A stretch of 32,000 nucleotides of DNA from Candidatus Enterocola sp. (GCA_045617165.1 JAZLIE010000152.1:1-32000); one strand, 5' to 3'. Counted from the first letter of the stretch, positions 1 to 8,355 are shown. The notes: generated by a model from the sequence alone, not told the origin. A program made the numbers and translations.

Positions 1-144
1 TACTCACAGTCATCAGTGTTTCCGCTTTAGAAAAAGCATACTTGCCAGAACTGATTTCAAAAACAGATATGCCTGTTTCAAGTCAAAATGTCAAAGAACT
101 TTCTTTATTTGATTTTTTATAAAAATTTAACGCATCAGTACTAG

Positions 145-1092
145 TTAAAAATTAGAACTTACATCATCAATATTGATTATTGAGTGGACAATTGCATAAA
201 TTGTGAGTCCGGCAAGTGACTTTATACCTGTTTTCTCTGATATGTTTTTTCTATGAGTAATTACAGTATTTGTTGAGATGAACAGTTTTTCTGCAATCTC
301 CTTACTTTGCAACCCCTGAACAAGGCAACGCAAAACATCAATCTCTCTTGCTGAGAGAACAACATCCTCACCTTTTGCAACCTCTGTTCCACCCTGCACG
401 CCAAACTCCCCACTTGCATCCTTTTCAAGTTTCTCCACAAGAGGAATCAGTATATTGTCCTCAATATGCGAGTGTATCTTAAGATCATATTCCAGTTCTG
501 ACAGACACTGTAGCATTTTCCTACGCAGATGAACAGAATCACTGAACGAAAGATACTTAATAAGAAGCCCCTGAAGATCATCAAGTTTGTCATCAATATT
601 TGAATGATGGCGTTTATACTCCTCAACACTATACCTCTTACTTATATTTTTCCCCGATGTCAAAGCCCTGATATATGGGAACACAATATTATTCTCATAA
701 TCAAAGTGTTCTGTAATCTCTTTTATATATCCCTCAGTAAAATCCCTAAGCATTTTGAGCGTTGGATTCTCCCTCAGTATACTATTCACATACTCCCTTA
801 TTTCAGGCACTTTCTCATCAAGGTAATACTTATGGCAGTTTCCAAGATATAACAATATGGCATCAATATCATTATTGTGATAATCAATTGTACCAGTCTG
901 CGTCTCCCCATCATATAAATGAATAAAAGAGAGAAACAAGTCAGTACATATGTTATACTCCAAGCAAATTTCCTTGACACTTTTGCTTTTGACAATAAGT
1001 TCTATCCCAAGATGCTCCAACAGAAGCATCTGATTCTTGTTTGCCAGAATAATATCAGCAATCTTGCTATTCTCTGAGTAATTATGTTCCAT
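145..1092 (-). CDS. LuxR/GerE-type HTH transcriptional regulator with N-terminal hemerythrin-like (HHE/RIC-like) domain
   Basis: 315-aa ORF. The C-terminus LSAREIDVLRCLVQGLQSKEIAEKLFISTNTVITHRKNISEKTGI is a LuxR/GerE HTH. The N-terminal ~230 aa carries paired H..E..hydrophobic-P helices (EITEHFDYENNIVFPYI; KIHSHIEDNILIPLV) that I recognise as a hemerythrin/HHE cation-binding signature. The ATG (1090-1092) lies 1 nt after the CDF stop (1094-1096), so the two genes form one operon. Confidence 0.75.
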   Translation of the reverse strand: MEHNYSENSKIADIILANKNQMLLLEHLGIELIVKSKSVKEICLEYNICTDLFLSFIHLYDGETQTGTIDYHNNDIDAILLYLGNCHKYYLDEKVPEIREYVNSILRENPTLKMLRDFTEGYIKEITEHFDYENNIVFPYIRALTSGKNISKRYSVEEYKRHHSNIDDKLDDLQGLLIKYLSFSDSVHLRRKMLQCLSELEYDLKIHSHIEDNILIPLVEKLEKDASGEFGVQGGTEVAKGEDVVLSAREIDVLRCLVQGLQSKEIAEKLFISTNTVITHRKNISEKTGIKSLAGLTIYAIVHSIINIDDVSSNF

Positions 1093-1093
1093 A

Positions 1094-1981
1094 TCAACAA
1101 TTCAATTCACTGCATATATGAGTCTCCAACTCCAAAGTGGCGTGATTGACGCCACAAGCAGCCAAAGCCTCTTTTACACCATTTTTAACGTTCTCTTGGT
1201 CTGCGCCCTCTTTTATAACAATATGTACAGTAAGGGCATTATCTGTTGTGCTTATTGCCCACACGTGCAAATGGTGGAATGACGCCACCCCATCAGCCTC
1301 TGATATTGCAGATTCAATCTTTTCAATATCAACACTCTCAGGCACACCGTCCATTGTCAAACGCAGACTGTCTGTCATAAGATTCCAAGTAGATTTAACA
1401 ATAATCAGAGCAACTATAAAACCAATAACAGGGTCAATTATGTACCACCCTGTATAGTGTATTATAATACCCGCAACCACTACACCAAGAGATACAAGTG
1501 CGTCCATAGCCATATGCAGGTACGCTCCTTTGACATTCAAGTCCTTGTCTTTGTGGTCAGTAAACAGGTATGCGGTAATTCCGTTGACAATTACCCCGAT
1601 ACCTGCCACTATGGCTACGGTAAAGCCCTCAAGTGGCTCAGGGTGAATAAGTTTATTTACGCTCTCAACTATGATGGCACCAACAGCAATAAGCAAAATC
1701 ACAGCATTTACAAGAGAGACAAGAATAGTGCTCTTTTTATAGCCGTATGTATAATACTTTGTGGCAGCCTTCTTATATAGTTTTATTGCAAGCAGAGAAA
1801 GTGCCAGAGAAGCAACGTCACCCAAGTTGTGACCTGCGTCAGCAAGCAGCCCCATAGAACCTTGCCACAAACCCACACCAGCCTCTGCAATAATGTAGAG
1901 TATGTTTATTACAATACCAATAATAAAAACCCTGCTCAAGTCTCCAGCCACCACAGTATGGTGATGATGATGTTCACTCAT
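1094..1981 (-). CDS. Cation diffusion facilitator (CDF) family divalent-metal efflux transporter (CzcD/ZitB-like)
   Basis: 295-aa ORF with about six hydrophobic segments and a His-rich N-terminus (MSEHHHHH). The motifs LLADAGHNLGDV and AYLHMAMDALVS resemble the TM2/TM5 metal site of CDF proteins. A C-terminal cytoplasmic domain contains HHLHVW. Confidence 0.9.
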   Translation of the reverse strand: MSEHHHHHTVVAGDLSRVFIIGIVINILYIIAEAGVGLWQGSMGLLADAGHNLGDVASLALSLLAIKLYKKAATKYYTYGYKKSTILVSLVNAVILLIAVGAIIVESVNKLIHPEPLEGFTVAIVAGIGVIVNGITAYLFTDHKDKDLNVKGAYLHMAMDALVSLGVVVAGIIIHYTGWYIIDPVIGFIVALIIVKSTWNLMTDSLRLTMDGVPESVDIEKIESAISEADGVASFHHLHVWAISTTDNALTVHIVIKEGADQENVKNGVKEALAACGVNHATLELETHICSELNC

Positions 1982-2009
1982 TACATTATATGTTTTACAA
2001 TTTACAATG

Positions 2010-2017
2010 CAAAGTTA
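2010..2017 (-). promoter_or_regulatory. Bacteroidota -7 promoter box (TAACTTTG on minus strand) for the CDF/LuxR operon
   Basis: The plus-strand caaagtta reads TAACTTTG on the minus strand and matches TAnnTTTG. It lies 29 nt upstream of the CDF ATG at 1981. Confidence 0.5.
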
Positions 2018-2037
2018 TGTCATCACAAACAAATTAT

Positions 2038-2059
2038 CAATACCTAATTTTAGGTATTG
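2038..2059. promoter_or_regulatory. Perfect 10-bp inverted repeat (CAATACCTAA tt TTAGGTATTG), candidate operator between divergent metal-transport genes
   Basis: I checked the pairing by hand: all 10 arm positions are complementary, with a 2-nt spacer. It sits between the two divergent -7 boxes at 2010-2017 and 2080-2087. Confidence 0.45.
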
Positions 2060-2079
2060 TATGCAAAAAAACCTGATTG

Positions 2080-2087
2080 TAATTTTG
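2080..2087 (+). promoter_or_regulatory. Bacteroidota -7 promoter box (TAATTTTG) for the FeoB-like gene
   Basis: Matches TAnnTTTG. It lies 25 nt upstream of the GTG at 2112. Confidence 0.5.
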
Positions 2088-2111
2088 TCGACATAAATGT
2101 AAATTATAATC

Positions 2112-3323
2112 GTGGCACTCTACAAAGCAAATAAAGATAGTCAACGCTGCAACTGCAGTTGCACAAATTGTCCTCTGAAAGAAGATGAATTCAAGGCGAC
2201 AAAGGTTATTGACAAAAAGGTTACTAAGGCTATTGACAAAGTTGTAACAAACAACTTCTGGGGCTTCCCTATATTCATTCTCTTTATGTGGTTTATGTTT
2301 GAGTGCACATTCACACTTGGGCAGTACCCTATGGATTGGATTGACACCGGCGTTGATTGGTTCAAAGATGTTGTTGAGGCAAATATGGCAGAAGGACCTC
2401 TACGCAGTCTGCTTGCCGATGGAATAATAAGTGGCGTTGGCGGAGTTATTATTTTCCTGCCAAACATTCTTATACTCTACTTCTTTATATCACTTATGGA
2501 GGATTCCGGCTATATGTTACGCGTCGCCTTCATTATGGACAAGATTATGCATAAGATGGGACTTCACGGCAAGTCATTTGTTCCTATGCTTATGGGCTTT
2601 GGTTGCAGCGTACCCGCCATTATGTCAGCACACACTCTTGAGAGCCGCAGCAGCCGCATTATAACTATGCTTGTCACACCATTTATGAGTTGCGGAGCCA
2701 AACTGCCTGTTTACGTAATATTCACCACATTGTTCTTCCCTAAGCACGGTGCCATTGTAATGCTCTCTCTCTATCTTATAGGAATTGTTGTGGCTGTATT
2801 CTCATCAAGACTTTTGAAAAGGCTCTTCTTTAAGGAAGATGAGGTTCCATTTGTAATGGAACTGCCGCCATACCGTGTACCCACTCTTAAATCAGCTCTG
2901 CACCATATGTGGGAGAATTCAAAAGAGTATCTTCAAAAAATATCTACTGTGATTCTTGCCGCCTCTATAATTATCTGGGCGTTGGGTTACTTTGACTTGA
3001 TAATTCCAATAGGACGAGCCGTGGAGCCACTACTTGCACCACTTGGTTTTGACTGGAAGATGAGTGTTGCGTTGCTTACCGGACTGCCTGCGAAAGAGGT
3101 TATTGTAAGCACACTTTCAGAACTTACAATGGAGGCCTACACACCTCTTGTGGCATTTAACTTTATGCTATTTGTGCTCCTATACTCACCTTGCATTGCA
3201 ACCCTCGCCACCATACGTCATGAGAGTGGAAACATAAAGTGGGCACTCTTTCAAGCGGCATACACCACACTGCTTGCCTGGACTCTCTGCCTTATAGTCT
3301 ACCAAATAGGAATACTATTTTAG
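2112..3323 (+). CDS. FeoB-like ferrous-iron permease, membrane (Gate/nucleoside-recognition) domain only, no GTPase domain
   Basis: 403-aa ORF with a GTG start; the start is uncertain. FeoB membrane-domain blocks are present: GVGGVIIFLPNILILYFFISLMEDSGYMLRVAFIMDKIMHKMGLHGKSFVPMLMGFGCSVPAIM and APLGFDWKMSVALLTGLPAKEVIVSTL. There is no P-loop in the ORF. The N-terminus is Cys-rich (QRCNCSCTNCP). Confidence 0.8.
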   Translation: MALYKANKDSQRCNCSCTNCPLKEDEFKATKVIDKKVTKAIDKVVTNNFWGFPIFILFMWFMFECTFTLGQYPMDWIDTGVDWFKDVVEANMAEGPLRSLLADGIISGVGGVIIFLPNILILYFFISLMEDSGYMLRVAFIMDKIMHKMGLHGKSFVPMLMGFGCSVPAIMSAHTLESRSSRIITMLVTPFMSCGAKLPVYVIFTTLFFPKHGAIVMLSLYLIGIVVAVFSSRLLKRLFFKEDEVPFVMELPPYRVPTLKSALHHMWENSKEYLQKISTVILAASIIIWALGYFDLIIPIGRAVEPLLAPLGFDWKMSVALLTGLPAKEVIVSTLSELTMEAYTPLVAFNFMLFVLLYSPCIATLATIRHESGNIKWALFQAAYTTLLAWTLCLIVYQIGILF

Positions 3324-3354
3324 ATTTTTTATTTGCAGAATAAAAAAATAGTTG

Positions 3355-3362
3355 TACTTTTG
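3355..3362 (+). promoter_or_regulatory. Bacteroidota -7 promoter box (TACTTTTG) for tRNA-His
   Basis: Matches TAnnTTTG. It lies 29 nt upstream of the tRNA 5' end. Confidence 0.45.
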
Positions 3363-3390
3363 TGCCGTCATTTATGTGATGACACTTTAT

Positions 3391-3467
3391 GGTGAGCGTA
3401 GTTCAGTTGGTTAGAGCATCGGATTGTGGTTCCGAGTGTCGTGGGTTCGAGTCCCACCGTTCACCCA
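3391..3467 (+). tRNA. tRNA-His (anticodon GTG)
   Basis: I folded the cloverleaf by hand. It has G-1, acceptor GTGAGCG/CGTTCAC, D-arm GTTC/GAGC, and anticodon stem TCGGA/TCCGA with loop TTGTGGT (anticodon GTG). The variable loop is GTGTC, the T-arm is GTGGG-TTCGAGT-CCCAC, and the discriminator is C. The encoded extra 5' G opposite C73 is His-specific. The 3' CCA is not fully encoded. Confidence 0.93.
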
Positions 3468-3471
3468 AAAC

Positions 3472-3510
3472 AAAAGGCTTTGGCATTTGCCAAGGCCTTT
3501 TTTGTTTTTT
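3472..3510 (+). terminator. Rho-independent terminator after tRNA-His
   Basis: The stem AAAAGGCTTTGGC / GCCAAGGCCTTTT has one G-U pair and a 4-nt loop. It is followed by TTTTGTTTTTT. Confidence 0.8.
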
Positions 3511-3515
3511 ATAGA

Positions 3516-3554
3516 CATTTTGACTAATAAAATTCCGCCATTTTGACTAATAAA
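3516..3554 (+). repeat. Two exact 16-bp direct repeats CATTTTGACTAATAAA separated by 7 bp
   Basis: The copies lie at 3516-3531 and 3539-3554. The TTTG of the second copy is about 19 nt upstream of the -7 box at 3565, which is the position of a -33 element. Confidence 0.6.
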
Positions 3555-3564
3555 GGATTTTTAT

Positions 3565-3572
3565 TATCTTTG
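3565..3572 (+). promoter_or_regulatory. Bacteroidota -7 promoter box (TATCTTTG) for the AAA ATPase gene
   Basis: Exact TATCTTTG, 27 nt upstream of the ATG at 3599. Confidence 0.55.
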
Positions 3573-3598
3573 CAATTGAAAACAACATATTGATAAAT

Positions 3599-4888
3599 AT
3601 GGATAATTCAAAATATAAAAAAAGGATTATTGATGAAATTTTAGACAAAAAACTATCAGGGATGGGGGCTGTAGTAGTTGAGGGTGCCAAATGGTGTGGA
3701 AAAACCACAACCTCCGAACATCACGCCAAAAGCGTTTTGTATATGGATTCGCCAAAGGACAGAAACAGCAATATCCAACTTGCACAATTTAATCCTGAGT
3801 TATTATTAGAGGGGGCAACTCCCAGATTGATAGATGAGTGGCAAATAGCTCCTGAATTGTGGGATGCCATTCGCTTTACCGTAGATCATCGTTCCGAAGA
3901 CGGGCAATTTATCCTAACGGGGTCAGTATCGCCAATTAGCGAAGAAAATGAATCAAAAATACTCCATTCGGGAACAGGCAGATATGCAAAGCTAAAAATG
4001 CGTCCCATGACGCTTTGGGAATCGGGTGAATCTAATGGATCTGTCAGTCTTAAAGGTTTGTTCCAAACCGATTACAAAGTTTCATCTCTCAATAACCATT
4101 CACTATCGGACATCGCATTCCTTGTATGCAGAGGTGGATGGCCTAAAGCGGTATTGCAAAAAAAAGAAATCGCTCTTGACAGAGCGTTTGACTATTATGA
4201 CACAGTAGTAAATATTGATGTCAATTTACCGGACAGAGTGGAAAAAAACGAAAATCGGGTAAAACGTCTGATGCGATCGTATGCCAGGAATCAGGGGACA
4301 CAAGCTTCATTAAGTGCCATCTGTGCTGATATGATGGCAAATGACAGCCATACACTTGATGACCGCACAGTATATTCTTATATATCAGCACTTAAAGCCA
4401 TTTATGTGATTGAAGATTGTCCTGCGTGGAATCCAAATTTAAGAAGCAAAACTGCCATAAGAACCACAGATACCCGATACTTTACAGACCCATCTATTGC
4501 CGTTGCGGCATTAGGTATTGGTCCTGATGACCTTATGCACGATTTAAATACTTTCGGTTTGCTGTTTGAAACCCTATGTATGCGTGATTTAAGGGTTTAC
4601 GCACAATCCATTGATGGTGAAATACGACATTATAGAGACAAAGATGGTTTGGAATGTGACGCTGTTGTACATCTGCGTAATGGTTCTTACGGACTGATAG
4701 AAATAAAATTGGGCGGTGAAACACTGATAGAGGATGGAGCCAAATCATTGAAAAAATTAGCATCAAAAATAGATGTTGGTAAAATGTCCGAGCCTGCTTT
4801 TTTAATGGTATTGACAGCAACGGGGCAATACGCTTTTCAACGTCCGGACGGAGTGTACGTGGTACCTGTCGGTTGCTTGAGAAATTGA
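3599..4888 (+). CDS. AAA-family ATPase with C-terminal DUF4143-like domain (COG1373-type)
   Basis: The ORF track starts at TTG 3590. I prefer ATG 3599 (MDNSKYKKR) because of the promoter spacing. The Walker A is GAKWCGKTTT and a Walker-B-like FILTGS is present. The overall layout is that of the widespread ATPase plus DUF4143 family. Confidence 0.8.
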   Translation: MDNSKYKKRIIDEILDKKLSGMGAVVVEGAKWCGKTTTSEHHAKSVLYMDSPKDRNSNIQLAQFNPELLLEGATPRLIDEWQIAPELWDAIRFTVDHRSEDGQFILTGSVSPISEENESKILHSGTGRYAKLKMRPMTLWESGESNGSVSLKGLFQTDYKVSSLNNHSLSDIAFLVCRGGWPKAVLQKKEIALDRAFDYYDTVVNIDVNLPDRVEKNENRVKRLMRSYARNQGTQASLSAICADMMANDSHTLDDRTVYSYISALKAIYVIEDCPAWNPNLRSKTAIRTTDTRYFTDPSIAVAALGIGPDDLMHDLNTFGLLFETLCMRDLRVYAQSIDGEIRHYRDKDGLECDAVVHLRNGSYGLIEIKLGGETLIEDGAKSLKKLASKIDVGKMSEPAFLMVLTATGQYAFQRPDGVYVVPVGCLRN

Positions 4889-4930
4889 AACACAACACGC
4901 CCCGACTTCCAAGTGGGCGTGTTGTTGTTT
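4888..4930. terminator. Bidirectional rho-independent terminator between convergent genes
   Basis: The stem is AAACACAACACGCCC / GGGCGTGTTGTTGTTT (11 bp, one bulge, then 4 bp). An A-run lies on the 5' side and a T-run on the 3' side. Confidence 0.8.
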
Positions 4931-4937
4931 TACTATC

Positions 4938-5372
4938 TTACTCTGAGCGAACCCACGTTTGGGAGCGTCCTATGAGTCCTAATTTGTCAATGGAACCACG
5001 CAGGGTTACAGTGTTTTTATCGGCATTGTATGATATTTTTCCGTAGTAGGTCTTCTTGCTCTCAGGGTCATAGCAACGCCCTTTGAGGTCTTTGCCCGCA
5101 GGTTCCAAATCTCTGAGTATAACCATTCCTATAACGCCCTCATAGCCGGCAGGTGATTCAGTAAGAGTGGTATATGTACCATCACCGTTTGGGGCGTAGA
5201 GGCACAGTATTTTACCATAATATTTGCCGTTCACAGCCTTGTATATGTAAACCGTACTGCGTTTGTCACCGCTCTTGTCATCAACGCTATCCCATTTTCC
5301 AAGCATCTTATCTACCTGCGCCCCTGCACTAAGTGCAACCAGCAACAACGCAACTAACAACCGTACCTTCAT
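4938..5372 (-). CDS. DUF2147 domain-containing exported protein
   Basis: 144 aa with signal peptide MKVRLLVALLLVALSAGAQ. The motifs GKWDSVDDKSGDKRSTVYIY..NGKYYGKI and RGSIDKLGLIGRSQTWVR are typical of DUF2147. Confidence 0.75.
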   Translation of the reverse strand: MKVRLLVALLLVALSAGAQVDKMLGKWDSVDDKSGDKRSTVYIYKAVNGKYYGKILCLYAPNGDGTYTTLTESPAGYEGVIGMVILRDLEPAGKDLKGRCYDPESKKTYYGKISYNADKNTVTLRGSIDKLGLIGRSQTWVRSE

Positions 5373-5384
5373 ATTAATTATTAA

Positions 5385-5837
5385 TTATAATTCCGCTTTG
5401 TAGTATTCAAGTATTGGCGAAGCCGCTATTGATGTGATTATATAGTCAGCCATAGAATCCTTGAACGCCTCTTTGAAGCGTTTGAGAGCATCAGGCAAAT
5501 CCTCTGCACGCACAAGAAGTGTCTCTGGTACAAGACGCTCTGTGCCGCTGTTCTCATCAACAACTGTAATCTTTATCTTGACTGTGAACCAATTCTCACA
5601 AAGGTCGTCATCTTTGAAGATAAGTTCAGCAAGACGTGCCTGTTTTATATTTGTGATAACATACTCACCCTTTATATATTGGGCAACCTCTTTTACAATT
5701 ATAGCCTCTGCCTCAGTAAAACTCAGCGCATCAACCAAATATACCTCATTAACCTTTTTCAGTTTTCCACAATCCTTGTCATTAGGGTCGGTTATCTGCT
5801 TCTCATAACGAATCTTGCATTCAAAATATTTTGCCAT
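5385..5837 (-). CDS. Small conserved Bacteroidota protein (DUF4494-like)
   Basis: 150 aa beginning MAKYFECKIRYEKQ, with YLVDALSFTEAEA. The family assignment is from memory only. Confidence 0.55.
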   Translation of the reverse strand: MAKYFECKIRYEKQITDPNDKDCGKLKKVNEVYLVDALSFTEAEAIIVKEVAQYIKGEYVITNIKQARLAELIFKDDDLCENWFTVKIKITVVDENSGTERLVPETLLVRAEDLPDALKRFKEAFKDSMADYIITSIAASPILEYYKAEL

Positions 5838-5856
5838 AGTTTTAATAATTTTATGG

Positions 5857-5864
5857 CAAAGATA
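5857..5864 (-). promoter_or_regulatory. Bacteroidota -7 promoter box (TATCTTTG on minus strand) for the DUF4494/DUF2147 unit
   Basis: The plus-strand caaagata lies 20 nt upstream of the ATG at 5837. Confidence 0.55.
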
Positions 5865-5876
5865 GGGAAAAATTTG

Positions 5877-5884
5877 TAATTTTG
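5877..5884 (+). promoter_or_regulatory. Bacteroidota -7 promoter box (TAATTTTG) for prfC
   Basis: Matches TAnnTTTG, 19 nt upstream of the ATG at 5903. It is divergent from the box at 5857-5864. Confidence 0.55.
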
Positions 5885-5902
5885 TGACGCAATTTTTCCC
5901 CT

Positions 5903-7480
5903 ATGAATTTTACAGAAGAGATAAACCGCAGGCGTACCTTTGCCATAATATCGCACCCAGATGCAGGTAAGACCACACTTACTGAGAAACTGTTGCTTTT
6001 TGGAGGCGCCATACACGTGGCAGGTGCGGTTAAAAGCAATAAGATTAAGAAGACAGCCACCTCAGACTGGATGGAGATAGAGAAGCAGAGAGGTATCTCT
6101 GTAGCCACATCTGTTATGGGTTTTGAGTACCGTGATTTCAAAATAAACATTCTTGACACTCCTGGTCACCAAGACTTTGCAGAGGATACCTTCCGCACCC
6201 TTACAGCCGTTGACAGCGTTATAATAGTTATTGATTCAGCAAAAGGTGTTGAGACTCAGACTCGCAAACTTATGCAGGTCTGCCGTATGCGTAAGACCCC
6301 TGTAATGGTCTTTATGAATAAGATGGACCGTGAGGGGCGTGACCCTTTTGACCTTATGGATGAGGTTGAGGCTGAACTTGGAATAAAAGTCCGCCCTCTG
6401 AGTTGGCCTATAAATATGGGACAGAACTTCAAGGGTGTCTACAACATTTACAAAGAGGATTTGAACCTCTATACTCCAAACAAACAGACAGTCTCAGAGA
6501 CTATTGAGTTCAAAGATTTGAACAGCAAGGAGTTGGAGAATTACATCGGGGAAAAAGACGCCGCAAAACTGCGTGAGGATTTGGATTTGATTCAAGGTGT
6601 CTATAATCCGTTCAATGTAGATGAATATTTGAAGGGAGACCTTGCCCCCGTATTCTTTGGCAGTGCCTTGAATACTTTTGGTGTAAAGGAGTTGCTTGAC
6701 TGTTTTGTTGAAATAGCCCCTTCACCACGCCCTGTTGAGGCTATTGAACGCCGTGTAGACCCGCTTGAACCTGCATTCTCTGGCTTTGTGTTCAAAATTC
6801 ATGCTAATATGGACCCCAACCACCGCTCATGCATAGCTTTTGTAAAGATATGCAGCGGTAAGTTTGAACGCAATGTAAACTACAAGCACGTAAGGTTCAA
6901 CCGTCTGATGAAATTTGCCGCCCCTACGGCATTTATGGCACAACGTAAAGAGACCGTAGATGAGGCATACGCAGGTGACATAGTGGGATTACCTGATAAC
7001 GGAAACTTCAAGATTGGAGACAGCCTCTCTTCTGGTGAGGATATTCATTTCAAGGGACTGCCGAGTTTCTCTCCTGAAATGTTCAAATACATAGAGAACG
7101 CAGACCCTATGAAGCAGAAGCAACTGCAAAAGGGCATAGACCAACTTATGGACGAGGGTGTGGCTCAACTATTCACAAACCAATTCAACGGACGCAAGAT
7201 TATAGGTACCGTAGGTCAGTTGCAGTTTGAGGTTATTCAGTACCGTCTGCTACACGAATATAACGCCCAATGCCGTTGGGAGCCTATTCGCCTTTACAAG
7301 GCGTGCTGGATTGAGAGTGATGACGCCACTGAACTTGAAAATTTCAAGAAACGCAAGTACCAATATATGGCTAAGGACAAGGAGGGGCGTGACGTATTCC
7401 TTGCTGACTCATCATATATGCTTGAGATGGCACAAGAGGATTTCAAGAAAATACGTTTCCATTTTACCTCAGAGTTCTAA
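5903..7480 (+). CDS. prfC: Peptide chain release factor 3
   Basis: 525 aa. The translational GTPase motifs are [25 protein letters not shown] and NKMD. The full-length layout and RF3-specific C-terminal region are present. Confidence 0.95.
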   Translation: MNFTEEINRRRTFAIISHPDAGKTTLTEKLLLFGGAIHVAGAVKSNKIKKTATSDWMEIEKQRGISVATSVMGFEYRDFKINILDTPGHQDFAEDTFRTLTAVDSVIIVIDSAKGVETQTRKLMQVCRMRKTPVMVFMNKMDREGRDPFDLMDEVEAELGIKVRPLSWPINMGQNFKGVYNIYKEDLNLYTPNKQTVSETIEFKDLNSKELENYIGEKDAAKLREDLDLIQGVYNPFNVDEYLKGDLAPVFFGSALNTFGVKELLDCFVEIAPSPRPVEAIERRVDPLEPAFSGFVFKIHANMDPNHRSCIAFVKICSGKFERNVNYKHVRFNRLMKFAAPTAFMAQRKETVDEAYAGDIVGLPDNGNFKIGDSLSSGEDIHFKGLPSFSPEMFKYIENADPMKQKQLQKGIDQLMDEGVAQLFTNQFNGRKIIGTVGQLQFEVIQYRLLHEYNAQCRWEPIRLYKACWIESDDATELENFKKRKYQYMAKDKEGRDVFLADSSYMLEMAQEDFKKIRFHFTSEF

Positions 7481-7486
7481 TCCCGC

Positions 7487-7510
7487 ATCACCGAATCACC
7501 GAATCACCAT
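7487..7510. repeat. Short tandem repeat ATCACCGA x2 plus a partial copy
   Basis: atcaccga atcaccga atcaccat, in the prfC-S1 gene spacer. Confidence 0.6.
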
Positions 7511-7515
7511 CAATA

Positions 7516-8355
7516 ATGCAAATAGGAAAAACTCAAATATTGAAAGTAAACCGACACGCAGAGGCGGGAGTGTATTTAGCAGATGCGAATGGCACTGAAA
7601 TTTTATTACCGAACAGGTATGTGCCTGAAATCTGCCATATAGGAGACACATTAGAGGTGTTTGTTTACACCGATGGCGAAGATAGACCCATAGCCACCAC
7701 TGTCAAACCATTCGCAGAAATCGGACAGTTTGCGTTGATGACAGTCAAGCAAATTACTGATTTTGGAGCCTTCCTTGATTGGGGCATAATGAAAGACCTG
7801 CTTGTTCCGTTCAGTGAGCAGAGAGGAGATTTAAACGAAGGTGACAAGGTGTTCGTCTATGTATATGAAGACAGCGTCACGCACCGTGTAGTGGCGTCGG
7901 CACGTTGGGAGAAATTCATTAACCCCGATGTCTCATCACTGAAACACGGGCAAAAGGTAACCCTTACCATTGCCTCAAAGAGTGATTTAGGATTCAAGGT
8001 GATTATTGACGGCACCTATAAAGGACTGATTTTCAACAGTGATGTATGCCGTCCCTTGAAAATCGGGGATAAGACAGAAGGATACATTTACAAAGTACGT
8101 GATGACGGCAAGGTTGATGTACGTTTGAAGAGCGAGGGGTATGAGAGCATAAGCGGAGAGGCGGAGAAAATTCTTTCAAAACTGAAGGCAGAGGGAGGTT
8201 TCATAGCCGTCACAGACAAGTCATCGCCCGAACTGATAAATGAACTTTTTGGTATGAGCAAAAAGACCTACAAGAAAGCGGTGGGAGACCTATATAAGAG
8301 GCACATTGTAGCGTTATATTATAATGGTCTTAAGTTATTGATAAATAAGAAATAA
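7516..8355 (+). CDS. S1 RNA-binding domain protein (CvfB/YitL family)
   Basis: 279 aa with repeated S1-like beta-barrel segments. The C-terminal winged-helix-like tail is SKKTYKKAVGDLYKRHIV. Confidence 0.75.
   Translation: MQIGKTQILKVNRHAEAGVYLADANGTEILLPNRYVPEICHIGDTLEVFVYTDGEDRPIATTVKPFAEIGQFALMTVKQITDFGAFLDWGIMKDLLVPFSEQRGDLNEGDKVFVYVYEDSVTHRVVASARWEKFINPDVSSLKHGQKVTLTIASKSDLGFKVIIDGTYKGLIFNSDVCRPLKIGDKTEGYIYKVRDDGKVDVRLKSEGYESISGEAEKILSKLKAEGGFIAVTDKSSPELINELFGMSKKTYKKAVGDLYKRHIVALYYNGLKLLINKK

Noticed and set aside
447-995. ORF-track entries 447-629(-), 604-852(+) and 798-995(-) inside the LuxR-type gene. Similar embedded ORFs occur elsewhere: 1146-1457, 1457-1780, 2141-2467, 2431-2664, 4026-4208, 4533-4898, 5461-5808, 6601-6795, 7665-7847, 8968-9159, 9236-9547, 10963-11331, 12363-12644, 13120-13356, 13590-13817, 14567-14785, 15006-15206, 17563-18330, 24229-24721, 26032-26253, 27738-28079, 29497-30099 and 30946-31402.
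   Set aside because: Each lies antisense to, or out of frame within, a longer ORF that has clear family motifs. Their translations are low-complexity or Cys/Arg-rich nonsense with no recognisable motif. They are shadow ORFs.
1964-1981. MSEHHHHH at the N-terminus of the CDF transporter looks like an engineered His-tag.
   Set aside because: The codons are mixed (CAT CAT CAT CAC CAT), and His-rich termini are a natural metal-binding feature of CDF transporters. The surrounding context is a normal chromosomal operon with no vector sequence.
3516-3554. The 16-bp direct repeats after tRNA-His, considered as att sites of an integrated element.
   Set aside because: They are adjacent to each other rather than flanking anything. 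They do not match the tRNA 3' end, and there is no integrase. A duplicated promoter (-33) region is more likely.
7227-7598. A 123-aa ORF that overlaps the end of prfC and the start of the S1-domain gene.
   Set aside because: It is out of frame with two well-supported genes, and its translation is Arg/Ser-rich with no motif.
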